The notes beneath the pieces are model-generated. The model saw nothing but the letters and a program-made list of their open reading frames with translations, did not search any database and was not told where the DNA came from. From an uncultured bacterium (GTDB lineage: Bacteria; Patescibacteriota; Saccharimonadia; UBA4664), in contig CAVRET010000001.1 in the NCBI GenBank assembly GCA_963720265.1, positions 197,916 to 261,915 on the forward strand: DNA of 64,000 nt, written 5' to 3'. Of this stretch, positions 28,213 through 38,108 are shown one piece after another. Position 1 is the first letter of the stretch, and every line of letters starts with the position of its first letter. The translations under genes were made by a program, and so were the position numbers.

Positions 28213-28947
28213 TCATGTTTCGGCTGGTACTCGTAGCTCGGCCGGTACGGCCTGGAGCCGTGAGCGGTCGAGAATGGCATCGGCCCGCTTGGGCTGTTCG
28301 TCTTTCATGTATTGACGGTCTTTTAGCCACCAGACGAACCAGTACAGCAGGTGTACATAGTGACGCTTGCGCTTGCGCTGCTCACCCTCACCGACGAGGT
28401 CGCCCCGGAGGCTGCGGTTGATCCCTCGCCACACCGCCTTATAGTGTGGCGTCTGCACCCAGACCTTGAAGTGCGCATAGGTTTTGACCATCTCGTACGG
28501 GAAGCGTCCGACGACCAAGACGATCTCGGCGCCCTCGACAGTCACGATATCGCCGCGTTCTTGGGTCGCCCAGTTCTTGAGCCAGTATCGCATGACGTGG
28601 CCCTTCGAGGCTGGTTCGAAGATCTCTTGCCTGAACTGAGCGAAGTCGTAATTGAGCTTCCAGCCGCGAGCCCACTTGAAGAAGAAGCTGGCGACCCAGC
28701 CTTGGATGCCCTTCTCGTCTCTGAGGTAATTGTCGTCTTCGATGACCGCAACTAGCTCGACGTTCCCGCCTAGTGCTACCACCAGCAGTTGCATGAGTAG
28801 TGCGGCGGCGAATGACTTACCCCCGCCCGCGACACCACTTACATATATGACGGTTGGACCTGTCTTGCCCCTAGCGAGGCGGCCTCGGTAGACGTCGAGG
28901 ATAGGCTTGCAGAGTGCTCTGACGTCTCCGGTTTTGAACTGAGCCAC
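28213..28947 (-). CDS. P-loop kinase of the uridine kinase / phosphoribulokinase family.
   Basis: Walker A GVAGGGKS and the overall PRK/UK layout. Confidence 0.55.
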   Translation of the reverse strand: MAQFKTGDVRALCKPILDVYRGRLARGKTGPTVIYVSGVAGGGKSFAAALLMQLLVVALGGNVELVAVIEDDNYLRDEKGIQGWVASFFFKWARGWKLNYDFAQFRQEIFEPASKGHVMRYWLKNWATQERGDIVTVEGAEIVLVVGRFPYEMVKTYAHFKVWVQTPHYKAVWRGINRSLRGDLVGEGEQRKRKRHYVHLLYWFVWWLKDRQYMKDEQPKRADAILDRSRLQAVPAELRVPAET

Positions 28948-29091
28948 ACAATCACTCCGATCTAGCTCGTGGCACTCACCGACTATGGAATCTGCGAACC
29001 CTAGGGTTCGTTGGAATCCTCCAAATCAAGGAACATATCTGTTATGCTATCATGCGTTATCTGGAAAGCCAAACGTTGTGGCACTGCATGG

Positions 29092-29119
29092 TTGAACTTG
29101 AACACGCTTGTGCTATATT
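29092..29119 (+). promoter_or_regulatory. Sigma70-like promoter that appears to give a leaderless HAD-hydrolase transcript.
   Basis: TTGAAC (29092-97), 16-nt spacer, TATATT (29114-19). The ATG at 29129 is 10 nt after the -10 box and has no Shine-Dalgarno. Confidence 0.35.
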
Positions 29120-29128
29120 AATGTCGAT

Positions 29129-29869
29129 ATGAATTTTAAAAACAAAAATAAAACTAACATTAGGTCAGTTCTGTTTGATATGGACGGCGTGATTGTCGAG
29201 AGTGTGCCGATTCATACGAAAGCAGCCCAGAACGTTCTGCGGAAATATGGTTTGGAGCTGACAGACGAAGAGTACCGCCAGCATTTTGCCGGTCGCACGG
29301 ATGAGGCCGGGTTTGCGTATTATCTTGAACTTCAGGGCGCGGACGAGCTGGATTTGGCGGGGATGCTGCGGGAGAAAGCGGCCGAATATGCGGCGTTGTC
29401 GACCGGCGAGCTTAAGCCGTTTCCTGGTGTGGTCGAGTTTATCCAGTCGCTGGCTGGCAGCGGGGTAACGCTCGCTCTCGTGACTGGCTCGATCCGGCCG
29501 GAGGCGGAACTGGCGCTGACAACGTTTAAGGTTCGCCAGCTGTTTCGTGAGCTGGTGACAGCTGATGATATTGTGCATAGCAAGCCGCACCCAGAGGGGT
29601 ATTTGAGGGGTCTGCGAGCGCTCGATGCCTTGCCGGCTCATACGGTGGTTATAGAAGATGCGCCGGACGGAGTGTATGCCGCGAAGCGGGCTGGGATGCG
29701 ATGCGTGGGTGTGACCAATACATGCAGCTCCAGGGAGCTGGCGGCTGCAACTGTAGTGACGGCGCAGCTTGCACCCGGCTGCCTGGATGAGTTGCTACCG
29801 ATAGAACCGCTGTTTGATATTTGCCCGTCGTTTTGGCAGCCGCCGGTTATCACGCGACAACATGCGTGA
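29129..29869 (+). CDS. HAD-IA family hydrolase (beta-phosphoglucomutase / phosphatase-like).
   Basis: Motif I LFDMDGVIVES, motif II LVTGS, motif IV EDAPDGV. The track's TTG at 29108 is replaced by the in-frame ATG at 29129. Confidence 0.8.
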   Translation: MNFKNKNKTNIRSVLFDMDGVIVESVPIHTKAAQNVLRKYGLELTDEEYRQHFAGRTDEAGFAYYLELQGADELDLAGMLREKAAEYAALSTGELKPFPGVVEFIQSLAGSGVTLALVTGSIRPEAELALTTFKVRQLFRELVTADDIVHSKPHPEGYLRGLRALDALPAHTVVIEDAPDGVYAAKRAGMRCVGVTNTCSSRELAAATVVTAQLAPGCLDELLPIEPLFDICPSFWQPPVITRQHA

Positions 29870-29958
29870 GGGTTGGCTCGGCGTAGGTTTGGGATTGTTA
29901 CTGCTGACAGAATGGTGACCGCTGTTGTACGGTAGGTCTGGAGAGCGGGGTTTTTGTT

Positions 29959-30294
29959 ATGCCTGAAGGGGCGCAGGATGGGGCCGGCGTTAAGCTGATT
30001 GACCCAGTGGAATTTTTTAACTTCATGGCCACTTATAGCGACTATCCAACCAATGGCTACAAGTTGTCGGGGGCTGCCAAACGGAGTGGGTATTCGGCTG
30101 ATTTGGTGCACTTTTTGGCCGGAATGCCGGGACAATTTGCGAATGAAGCTGAAGTTCTGCCGCTGGCCGAAGAGATTGACCAACCGCCGCGCGGCCAGGT
30201 GCTTGCCACCGGGTCTGAGCTGCCTGATGGGTCCCTGGCCGAAGCGCCGACGGCCCAGCTAACGATTGACGACATTACAACCGGCAAGCCTTAA
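29959..30294 (+). CDS. Hypothetical protein (111 aa).
   Basis: ORF only. Confidence 0.35.
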   Translation: MPEGAQDGAGVKLIDPVEFFNFMATYSDYPTNGYKLSGAAKRSGYSADLVHFLAGMPGQFANEAEVLPLAEEIDQPPRGQVLATGSELPDGSLAEAPTAQLTIDDITTGKP

Positions 30295-30420
30295 GACAGA
30301 TCGTGGGTACTGCGGATGCGGCGCGAGTCTGGCTTGCGTGTAGGGTTCGTAACTTTTGATGATTGCTGATTCGGTTTGGTCTGGCCCACGTTTTTAGTGA
30401 GTAGTTGCATACAAGGGGGT

Positions 30421-30453
30421 GGGCCCGGAGGTTGTAACGCCATCTCCGGGCCC
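30421..30453. other. Very stable hairpin (10-bp GC-rich perfect stem GGGCCCGGAG/CTCCGGGCCC, 13-nt loop) inside a roughly 300-nt non-coding gap between convergent genes.
   Basis: Read directly. No U-tract on either strand. The 99-aa ORF across this region looks spurious. Confidence 0.4.
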
Positions 30454-30592
30454 TGGTCTATTACAGCGAGCCTCCCATAGGACGTCCCCCGTCCGTTCGG
30501 TCGGAGCGTTAGCTCCGAGTAGCCATGGAATTGAGTACAACAGAGTTCCTCTCTTCCCTTACTTGGGGTGACGAGGTCTAGATCACCCACTC

Positions 30593-31027
30593 TTATTCAC
30601 CGCTCGCCCACAGGCGTTCAAATAACTCGCGCATGTGCTTGGCAAGAGGGTCGCTGGTTACCGCCCGGGCAACGACGGTGTCGTCACGCTCCGTCAGGAA
30701 CATGACCGTGTTGCCGACGATCGTGAGGTCAACGTATGGCTTGAGAACCCTTTGCGGCAGGTACCGAGATTCTCGATTGAGCAGATGATCGCTCATGCTG
30801 TACACTGGCCCTTGCGAGCTTGAGTACAGGAATCTACTCGGTATGCCGGCTTGGAGTCTGGCGGGATTCCCGGAGCTGTAGGAATACTCCGGGAAGTTGC
30901 GCTCTAACATGTCCATGTCGGAGATGCCATACACTATCTCCGGCAGATTAGGACGCTGGAAAAGAGACCCTACGAGGGCTCGCACCGCATCCGCGCCGCG
31001 AGCTTCTCTTGGGCTGTCTCTCTCCAT
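30593..31027 (-). CDS. Hypothetical protein (144 aa) downstream of clpC.
   Basis: ORF with a plausible start. No domain recognised. Confidence 0.4.
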   Translation of the reverse strand: MERDSPREARGADAVRALVGSLFQRPNLPEIVYGISDMDMLERNFPEYSYSSGNPARLQAGIPSRFLYSSSQGPVYSMSDHLLNRESRYLPQRVLKPYVDLTIVGNTVMFLTERDDTVVARAVTSDPLAKHMRELFERLWASGE

Positions 31028-31069
31028 TTTTGACCTCCACCTGTGTTATAGCCTAGTTTTGGGCATATG

Positions 31070-33853
31070 TCACGGTGCTTTTTTGTCATTTTTTCGTTGC
31101 GACGGCTTTAAGCGCCGGGTGCTTGACACGGGCACGTTTTCGCGAAATGTGGGTTCGCGTGGAGTTGAAACCCGTTTGGACTCATGCTTTGTGTGGAATG
31201 TTACTCCAGTTTGCTCATCGTAGCTTGCTGTAACTTCGAGCCCTTCGGCCAGGTCCCCGCTGAGAACGGCCTTGGCAAGCGGGTTTTCGATTTCGGTGCG
31301 GATACGGCGTCTGAGCTCGCGGGCGCCGTACTCAGGCGCATAGCCAACCTCTGCCAGATGGTCGATTACAGCCGGCGAAATTACTAGCTTTATGTCTTGG
31401 CCGCGGGCTGTGCGCCGGACGCGCTCGAGTTGGAGCTCAACAATATCCCGGATTTGTTTTTGATCGAGCGCCTGAAAGATGATAATTTCATCGATCCGGT
31501 TGATAAATTCCGGCCTAAAGTAGCGCCGGATTTGCTCCATGAGGCGGTCCTTTAGCTTTTCGTACGACATTTTGTCTTCATCATGTTTGCCGAGTTCATC
31601 CTGAATGAGATTTGAACCAAGGTTTGAGGTGGCTATGATAACGGTGTTGGTGAAATCAACGACGCGGCCTTTGCCGTCGGTAAGGCGGCCGTCGTCGAGT
31701 ACTTGGAGCAAAATATTTTGCACATCGGGGTGGGCTTTTTCGATTTCATCGAGCAAAATCAGGCTGTGCGGCCGGCGGCGAATGGCCTCGGTGACCTGAC
31801 CACCTTCTTCGTAACCAACGTAACCGGGAGGCGAGCCAATGAGCCGGGAGACGGCGTGGCGCTCCATGTACTCGCTCATGTCGATACGGGTGACGGCGTT
31901 TTCGTCGCCGAAGACAAGCCAGGCGAGGGCCTTGGCCAGTTCGGTTTTACCCACACCGGTTGGCCCTAGGAAGAGGAAGCTGGCGATCGGCCGGTGGCCC
32001 TCGGTAAGGCGGGCGCGCGAGAGGCGGATAGCATCTGAGACGGCTTGCACGGCTTCATCTTGGCCGATGATGCGCTCGTGCAAACGCTCTTCCAGGCGGA
32101 GCAATTTGTCGCGCTCTTCCTGGGTCAGCTCATGGACTGGGATACCGGTGAGTCGCGACACGACGGCCGCGATATGCTCGGCTGTGACCTCGCGCGATTC
32201 AGAACCACGGGTACGACGCCAATCGGCGGCGCGGTCTTCGCGCTCAGCTGCGAGGTTGGCTAGCTCATGCTCAAGGCGCTTGGCTTTATCGTATTGTTTA
32301 TGATTGGTAGCGTATTCTTGTTCGCGCCGTTTGGCTCCGATTTGCTCGTCCAGCTGTTCAATTTCTTGGCTAAATGTATCGGCGCTAATGCGGACTCTCG
32401 ATGCGGCTTGATCGACGAGGTCGATGGCTTTATCTGGCAAAAACCGGTTGGCGATGTAGCGGTCAGAGAGTTCAACCGCGGCTACAATGGCCTCGTCGGT
32501 AATTTTAACCTTGTGATGGGCTTCGTAGCGGTCGCGCAGGCCGCGCAGAATCTCGATGGCTTGATCAACGGTCGGTTCAGCCACAAACACCGGCTGGAAG
32601 CGGCGTTCGAGCGCAGCATCGCGCTCAATGTGCTTTTGGTATTCATCGAGCGTGGTGGCACCAATCAGGTGGAGCTCGCCTCGGGCCAGGGATGGCTTGA
32701 TGACGTTTGACACGTCGAGCCCTCCCTCAGTGCTGCCAGTGCCTACGATTGAATGTAGTTCGTCAATGAAGAGGATGAGCTCGTCTTGATGGGCGATAAC
32801 TTCGTCGAGCACAGCCTTAAGGCGTTCCTCAAATTCGCCGCGGTATTTGGAGCCGGCTACGATTGAGTTCAGGTTGATTTCGATCACCCGTTTGTCCTGG
32901 AGCACTTGGGGGATCTTGCCACCCTCAATGCGTTGGGCGAGACCCTCGACGATCGCGGTTTTGCCGACGCCCGGCTCGCCGATGAGAGCGGGATTGTTTT
33001 TAGTACGCCGCGAAAGAATTTCAATGGTGGTTTCAATTTCGTCAGCGCGGCCGATAACGGGATCGAGACGGCCTTGCCGCGCGAGCGCAGAAAGGTCGCG
33101 GGAGTATTTGTCGAGCTGAGGTGTCGTACTCCCCGACTCAACCCGGCCCTCGCGCGCGCCTTCGCCGACTACCTTCACGACTTGCTGGCGCACCGATTCG
33201 GGGGTGAGGTCGTATTTGCGCAAGACGTCGCTGGCTAGGCCCTCGTCCTCGCCGACGAGGGCAATGAGCAGATGTTCCGGTCCGACGTAGCTATGCCCCA
33301 TTGACCGTGATATGCGAAATGCTTGTTCGAGAATACTTTTAACGCGCGGCGAGACGCTGACCTGCGCTTGGTCTTCGCGCTTTGGCGAGGGCTGACTTTT
33401 GGGCGCGTTGTCATCGAGGAACCGCCTCACTTCTTCGGGCTTGAGCTTAAATCCACGCAAAACCTCCCGCACCACATCGCTATCCAGGAGTGCGTATAGC
33501 AGATGCTCAGTGTCGACTTCGCGGCGGCCAAATTCGAGCGCTACTTCAGCGGCGCGCTGGATCAGATCTTTGGTGTGCTCAGAGATAAAATCTTCAATAT
33601 TTACGGCCTCGCGGTCGCGGGGAATCGGGTAGCCGAGTTGGGAACTGAGTTCAGGAACGTCGTCGGAGAGTAGGTCAAACAGTCCCGGGCCGCGGAACAA
33701 CGACTCGAACGGTGAATTCATGGATTGCTGCTGGCGCAACCTGGCGTAGTCGATGTTGCAGAGCTCCAGCTCGCGCTCGTGGCCGTCCTGAATGATGCGG
33801 ACGCGGTGAGTAGCCGGCCGGTAGCCGTCAATGTCACAAATGCCGTTTGCCAT
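31070..33853 (-). CDS. clpC: ClpC-like Clp/Hsp100 AAA+ chaperone with an unusual roughly 95-aa N-terminal extension and a basic C-terminal tail.
   Basis: Two Clp_N repeats. D1 has GEPGVGKTAIVEGLAQRI and ILFIDELH. A short UVR-like linker favours ClpC over ClpB. D2 has FLFLGPTGVGKTELAKALA, LILLDEIEKAHPDV and RPEFINRIDEII. Confidence 0.85.
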   Translation of the reverse strand: MANGICDIDGYRPATHRVRIIQDGHERELELCNIDYARLRQQQSMNSPFESLFRGPGLFDLLSDDVPELSSQLGYPIPRDREAVNIEDFISEHTKDLIQRAAEVALEFGRREVDTEHLLYALLDSDVVREVLRGFKLKPEEVRRFLDDNAPKSQPSPKREDQAQVSVSPRVKSILEQAFRISRSMGHSYVGPEHLLIALVGEDEGLASDVLRKYDLTPESVRQQVVKVVGEGAREGRVESGSTTPQLDKYSRDLSALARQGRLDPVIGRADEIETTIEILSRRTKNNPALIGEPGVGKTAIVEGLAQRIEGGKIPQVLQDKRVIEINLNSIVAGSKYRGEFEERLKAVLDEVIAHQDELILFIDELHSIVGTGSTEGGLDVSNVIKPSLARGELHLIGATTLDEYQKHIERDAALERRFQPVFVAEPTVDQAIEILRGLRDRYEAHHKVKITDEAIVAAVELSDRYIANRFLPDKAIDLVDQAASRVRISADTFSQEIEQLDEQIGAKRREQEYATNHKQYDKAKRLEHELANLAAEREDRAADWRRTRGSESREVTAEHIAAVVSRLTGIPVHELTQEERDKLLRLEERLHERIIGQDEAVQAVSDAIRLSRARLTEGHRPIASFLFLGPTGVGKTELAKALAWLVFGDENAVTRIDMSEYMERHAVSRLIGSPPGYVGYEEGGQVTEAIRRRPHSLILLDEIEKAHPDVQNILLQVLDDGRLTDGKGRVVDFTNTVIIATSNLGSNLIQDELGKHDEDKMSYEKLKDRLMEQIRRYFRPEFINRIDEIIIFQALDQKQIRDIVELQLERVRRTARGQDIKLVISPAVIDHLAEVGYAPEYGARELRRRIRTEIENPLAKAVLSGDLAEGLEVTASYDEQTGVTFHTKHESKRVSTPREPTFRENVPVSSTRRLKPSQRKNDKKAP

Positions 33854-33862
33854 GTCTTCCTC

Positions 33863-34468
33863 CTAATATGTGATAAGTTCAGCCCGTTTCAGACGCTCGG
33901 TCCAATTTACCAGTGCCTCCATGAGCGCTCGGATCTGCTCGCGAGTAGGCTCATCGGTGAGCCGGCCGTTAGAATCAAACTTGGTGGCGGCATTGGCGAT
34001 GAGCACCTCTGGCTTGTTCATAACGTACATGTTGAGATAGAACAGAATTTGTCTTAGGTGATACTGCGCCCTAGCGGTACCAATGGGGCTCATGGAGGCG
34101 CCCATAATTGCGGCTGGTTTGTCGTCTCAGGCCGAGTCGCCGTACGGACGAGATACCCAGTCGATGGCGTTTTTGAGCACACCAGGGATGGAATAATTGT
34201 ATTCCGGGGTGGAGAAGAGGACCGCATCCGAGGCCCGGATAGTTCGTTTGAGTTCGTCGACGCTGGCTGGCGGTGATGCCTCGCGGTCTTGGTTGTACGA
34301 CGGAATGTCATAGAGCTCTACAATCTCCAATTCAGTATCGGGTGGTGCGAGTTCTGCGGCCGCACGCAATGCCGTGCGGTTGTATGAACCGCGGCGCAAA
34401 CTTCCCGCGATGCTGACGAAGCGAAGTTTCATAGTTGACTCCTTTTTGTTGGCGGCTCCGCCACCCAC
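33863..34468 (-). pseudogene. NAD(P)H-dependent FMN reductase interrupted by an in-frame TGA. The two pieces are 34127-34468 and 33863-34105, in the same frame.
   Basis: The N-fragment has MKLRFVSIAGSLRRGSYN...TPEYNYSIPGVLKNAIDWVSRPYGDSA, then TGA (plus-strand tca at 34127-29), then DDKPAAIMGASMSPIGTARAQYHLRQIL.... The stop sits where these proteins usually carry a Trp/Leu before the GKP motif. An intact paralog lies at 57688-58293. Confidence 0.55.
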
Positions 34469-34756
34469 ATGAAAGCAACTGCGGGCGGCGGCGTCATGGT
34501 GAATTCTTACAGCATAACCGGCATATGATAAAACGCTGCCCGGAGGCAGGATGGCGCTTTACGTCCGCGCCAATATCGTACCATTGGCGCATGAAACTTC
34601 TGCTTACCTCAGCCGGATTATTCGGGCGGCGGCCAATCTGGTGGGAAAACCGGCGGGCGAGGTGAATGTGGCGATGGTGGACGGTCGGCTGGCTGTCAAC
34701 GGCATTTAAGCATAAGCATTGAGAATTGCTTCTCCCGTGTGTAAGATACAGGCAAG

Positions 34757-37700
34757 GTGAGGCTCGAGAGGCATAAGTTTAAATACGTTGCTGCGGCAGT
34801 AATTCTGGTTGCCGGTTTGTTTCGAACGTATTTTTATATGACGCCGGTAGCCCAAGCATATAGTCCGGTGGCCGGCCAAAGTTACGACATTTGTGATGAA
34901 CAGTCCCAATACTTGGCGAGTCCGTGGAGCTATCATGCTTTGGCTTCGGGGAGCCAAAACTACACGGTGGCACAGTACGAAGCCTTGAGCGGATATGGCA
35001 CCACGCTACCGCCACTCCCCTCCTATATCTCGGGCGAAAGCTCGATGGCCGAGGCAGCGGTGATATTTGCACCCGGCAGTACCGTGGCCGAGCCTGCCTA
35101 CGATTTTCCAAATACGCCTATCATCTATTTCTTTGAGGGCGGGGCTTATGGTCAGATTGGCTTTGACACGGCGAGCGGCGACGAGTTTATTGGCGGATCA
35201 GCCGTCGGCTATCCGGAGCCGACGTTTGATGACGGTGGCAATGCCTCAGGAATCAACGGTCAAAACGGCTCATTTGACTTCAGTGGTGGTGCGAGCACAC
35301 TGGCAGCTACAGCCAACGTTGGCGCGACCTCGGTTACTACGACCGTGGCTATCCCGGGCTATTTGCAGTGGGTGACATTTGCGGACGGCTCAACCTACAG
35401 TATCGCCAACGCCTCGGGAACGACCATTACGCTCAACAATCCCTTGGCCAACTCGGAGTCGACTGGCGGCTCGGTGTGGGCCAACGTCAACCAGCCGATT
35501 GGCAGCGTATCGGTCGGTGCGGCGCAGGGCGCCACGACGGTTACGGTTGCGGGCTCTTCACTTCCATTGCTGCAATACGGCGTCATCCGGATCGGCGACC
35601 ATGCCTATACAATGAGTTCGGTGTCCGGAAATCAATCGAGCTACACCGTGGGTGTCCAGGGTCTTGACATTGCGGCGGACGCGAATACGCCGGTATATTA
35701 CGACGGTCTGTCCGGCGATGTGACGGTATCGTATCTGGATATAAATAATGATCAGCACGTGACGACCGGCACAATTTATACCGGCGCCGACTGGACCATT
35801 ACGCACAATGATATCCATGACGGAAATTCCAATGGGCCGGGCTACGGCGTGGCCATTTACGGCGGTGACCAGGGCACAATCGAGTACAACTGCTTGTCCA
35901 AAATGGGCGACTATGGCGTGAATGTCTTTGGTACCAATAATAAGTTTGACTATAACGAAGTGTATGAATCAAACTACAACCCCGACCCGGGTTGCGGCTG
36001 CTCAGGTGGCGGCAAGTGGTGGGGCACGCTCAACGCTGACATTGTTGATAATGCATTCATCAACGATTCGCCCGGCGGAGGTGGGCCGGTGTGGCTTGAT
36101 AACGGCAATTCCGGAACGCTCATCCAGGGCAACTATTTTGATATGAGCTATGGCTCGGCGATTGCCAGCGAGACTGGGTTTGACCTCGATGTCACCGGCA
36201 ACCTGTTTCTCAACGGCGGCTGGGGTGACGGCACCGGCGCCTGCGGCGGCGATAACTGCGACGGCGCGGTGAATATTAATAGCTCCGGCGGATTTAATGT
36301 CCCCAGTAGCCGGTATGAGAATGAGGTTTTGGTTTCGAGCAATCAGTTTGTGAATAACTGGATGGGTATTGATGTGTGGCAATCCGGCAGCCGGAGTTGT
36401 GAGAATTCGGGTGAAGGTTGGCCGGATGATGCGCCGTATTGCTCCGGCGGCTATCCTAATAGTGCAAGCACGTCAGCCGGCGGGCAGTTTTATTTTTCGC
36501 ATATTACTGACAACAACCGAGGTGGCACGACCGAGGTGGCAGGTAATACATCGTCCGGCAGTTCGACCGTGCTAGTGCAGGGCTCGGAGGCAATCAATGA
36601 CCAGATCGGTTTTGCCGATCCCTTGTCTACTACTACTGCGAGCACCAACGACGTGACGACACTCTCCGGCTCACAGTCAATTAATGCTGCTTCCACGACG
36701 GGCTTTCCGTCCTCGGGCGACTTGCGCGTGGGCACATCGGCGGCCTGGAGTGACGGCGACGGGAGCTGGACTGGTGCTGTTTTGTCATATACCGGGACGA
36801 CGGCGAACAGTTTTACCGGCGTGTCGTTGGTGCGAGGAACGGGCACGCTGTCCGGGCCGATTCTGCAGGTGCAGCCGTATAAGGTGACGGCCGAGACCTG
36901 TTATGCCAACGACTGTGCGGTCTCCATTACGCCGTCTTTGTCGTCAAATGAGTCGGTCGGTACCGAGGTCTCAAATGCAGGTACCTGCCAGCTCTATGCT
37001 ACGGCCGCGGCTTTGCCGTCCGGCCCACTGGCGCCCAACGGCGTTTCGTATTGGGACGGCTGCCAGTGGGGTGCGCAGGACATTTCTGTTACCGACAATG
37101 ATTTTGTTTTCCAGCCGTCGGTGATAGCAAATAGCGCACCGCTTGTGGGCGGGGGCACAACGACCTCGTGCACGGCCAGCAATACCGATTTCTGCGGAGT
37201 CAACTTTATGGCCAACCAAGTCGGCGGTGAAGCGCCGTTTGACTCGCAGATTAGCGCCAACGCCATGATGAGCAGCTCAAGCTATAGCGGCTGCCCGGGC
37301 TGGGATTCGGGCTGCACGTCTGACCCGCTGGCTAATTTGAATGCACTGTCAAATCCGCCGGGTGTTCCAGTTGGCAACGGCGAAGCGCCTGGTAACGATG
37401 TGTGGTCTGATAATACCTATAACGGGCCGTGGAGTTGGTATGCCTATATCTTTGGCAACTGTGCCGGCGGTGGTCTTGTCATGCCGAGTGACCCGGTAAC
37501 GAGTAAGAGCTTGACGCCGTCCTCCTGCAACGTTGATTTCCCGACCTGGCAAGCAGACTGGCAGCAAGACGCGGGTTCCTCGTATAACTCAAGCGGCGCG
37601 AAGGCCGGCGACCTCAACAATGACGGGCAGGTCAATATTTTCGACCTGTCGATCCTGCTGAGCTCGTGGGGTACGACAAATTCAGCGATTGAGGCCAATC

Positions 37701-37765
37701 TTAACCGCAGCGGTCCGGTAGATATATTTGATTTGTCGATATTCTTGAGTAGTTGGGGGACGTAG
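34757..37765 (+). CDS. Large membrane-anchored right-handed beta-helix (pectin-lyase-fold) protein with a C-terminal Pro/Thr/Ser linker and dockerin module. Paralog 1.
   Basis: N-terminal TM helix (YVAAAVILVAGLF). Repeated NNxF/GNYF/DNAF beta-helix rungs. The C-terminus GDLNNDGQVNIFDLSILLSSWG...NLNRSGPVDIFDLSIFLSSWG is a two-segment Ca-binding dockerin repeat. Confidence 0.7.
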   Translation: MRLERHKFKYVAAAVILVAGLFRTYFYMTPVAQAYSPVAGQSYDICDEQSQYLASPWSYHALASGSQNYTVAQYEALSGYGTTLPPLPSYISGESSMAEAAVIFAPGSTVAEPAYDFPNTPIIYFFEGGAYGQIGFDTASGDEFIGGSAVGYPEPTFDDGGNASGINGQNGSFDFSGGASTLAATANVGATSVTTTVAIPGYLQWVTFADGSTYSIANASGTTITLNNPLANSESTGGSVWANVNQPIGSVSVGAAQGATTVTVAGSSLPLLQYGVIRIGDHAYTMSSVSGNQSSYTVGVQGLDIAADANTPVYYDGLSGDVTVSYLDINNDQHVTTGTIYTGADWTITHNDIHDGNSNGPGYGVAIYGGDQGTIEYNCLSKMGDYGVNVFGTNNKFDYNEVYESNYNPDPGCGCSGGGKWWGTLNADIVDNAFINDSPGGGGPVWLDNGNSGTLIQGNYFDMSYGSAIASETGFDLDVTGNLFLNGGWGDGTGACGGDNCDGAVNINSSGGFNVPSSRYENEVLVSSNQFVNNWMGIDVWQSGSRSCENSGEGWPDDAPYCSGGYPNSASTSAGGQFYFSHITDNNRGGTTEVAGNTSSGSSTVLVQGSEAINDQIGFADPLSTTTASTNDVTTLSGSQSINAASTTGFPSSGDLRVGTSAAWSDGDGSWTGAVLSYTGTTANSFTGVSLVRGTGTLSGPILQVQPYKVTAETCYANDCAVSITPSLSSNESVGTEVSNAGTCQLYATAAALPSGPLAPNGVSYWDGCQWGAQDISVTDNDFVFQPSVIANSAPLVGGGTTTSCTASNTDFCGVNFMANQVGGEAPFDSQISANAMMSSSSYSGCPGWDSGCTSDPLANLNALSNPPGVPVGNGEAPGNDVWSDNTYNGPWSWYAYIFGNCAGGGLVMPSDPVTSKSLTPSSCNVDFPTWQADWQQDAGSSYNSSGAKAGDLNNDGQVNIFDLSILLSSWGTTNSAIEANLNRSGPVDIFDLSIFLSSWGT

Positions 37766-37877
37766 TATGGCACGGCAGACGGTTCACCAGCAGCTCGTTT
37801 TGGCCCAGGCCTTACTTGTGGTGATGGACGCGGGCGTCGTACTCGGGCTGGCTACGCACCACTGATCGCATGGGCAG

Positions 37878-38069
37878 CTACGACCGGGGTTTGCTCGTCG
37901 TGTAGATGAGAGCAAGCAGGGCGCATCCGGCTCCGGCGCCGAGCAGTGTGTAGAGCGCCACTTCTTGTTTAATCATGCCGACCCCAAGCCCCAAAACGAC
38001 TGCGCCGACAAAGGTTGCGCCGCTTGCGTATGTGATGCTTGAGGTTTTCTTCGTCCGCTTCGTGGTCAT
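37878..38069 (-). CDS. Possible small 2-TM membrane protein (63 aa) in the gap between the convergent paralogs.
   Basis: Two hydrophobic helices. No other support; it could be spurious. Confidence 0.2.
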   Translation of the reverse strand: MTTKRTKKTSSITYASGATFVGAVVLGLGVGMIKQEVALYTLLGAGAGCALLALIYTTSKPRS

Positions 38070-38108
38070 TCTCGGTGTCCTTAATGTTAATAATGCTCTC
38101 GTGAGCTG

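Noticed and set aside
30291-30590. 99-aa minus-strand ORF across the ClpC-downstream gap.
   Set aside because: Odd composition and no start context. It spans the strong hairpin, so the region is more plausibly non-coding (see the hairpin feature).
34105-34130. The possibility that the in-frame TGA in the FMN reductase is selenocysteine or a reassigned codon.
   Set aside because: Many genes in the window end in TGA as a normal stop. The position is not a catalytic Cys site, and no SECIS-like hairpin follows, so a nonsense mutation or sequencing error is far more likely.
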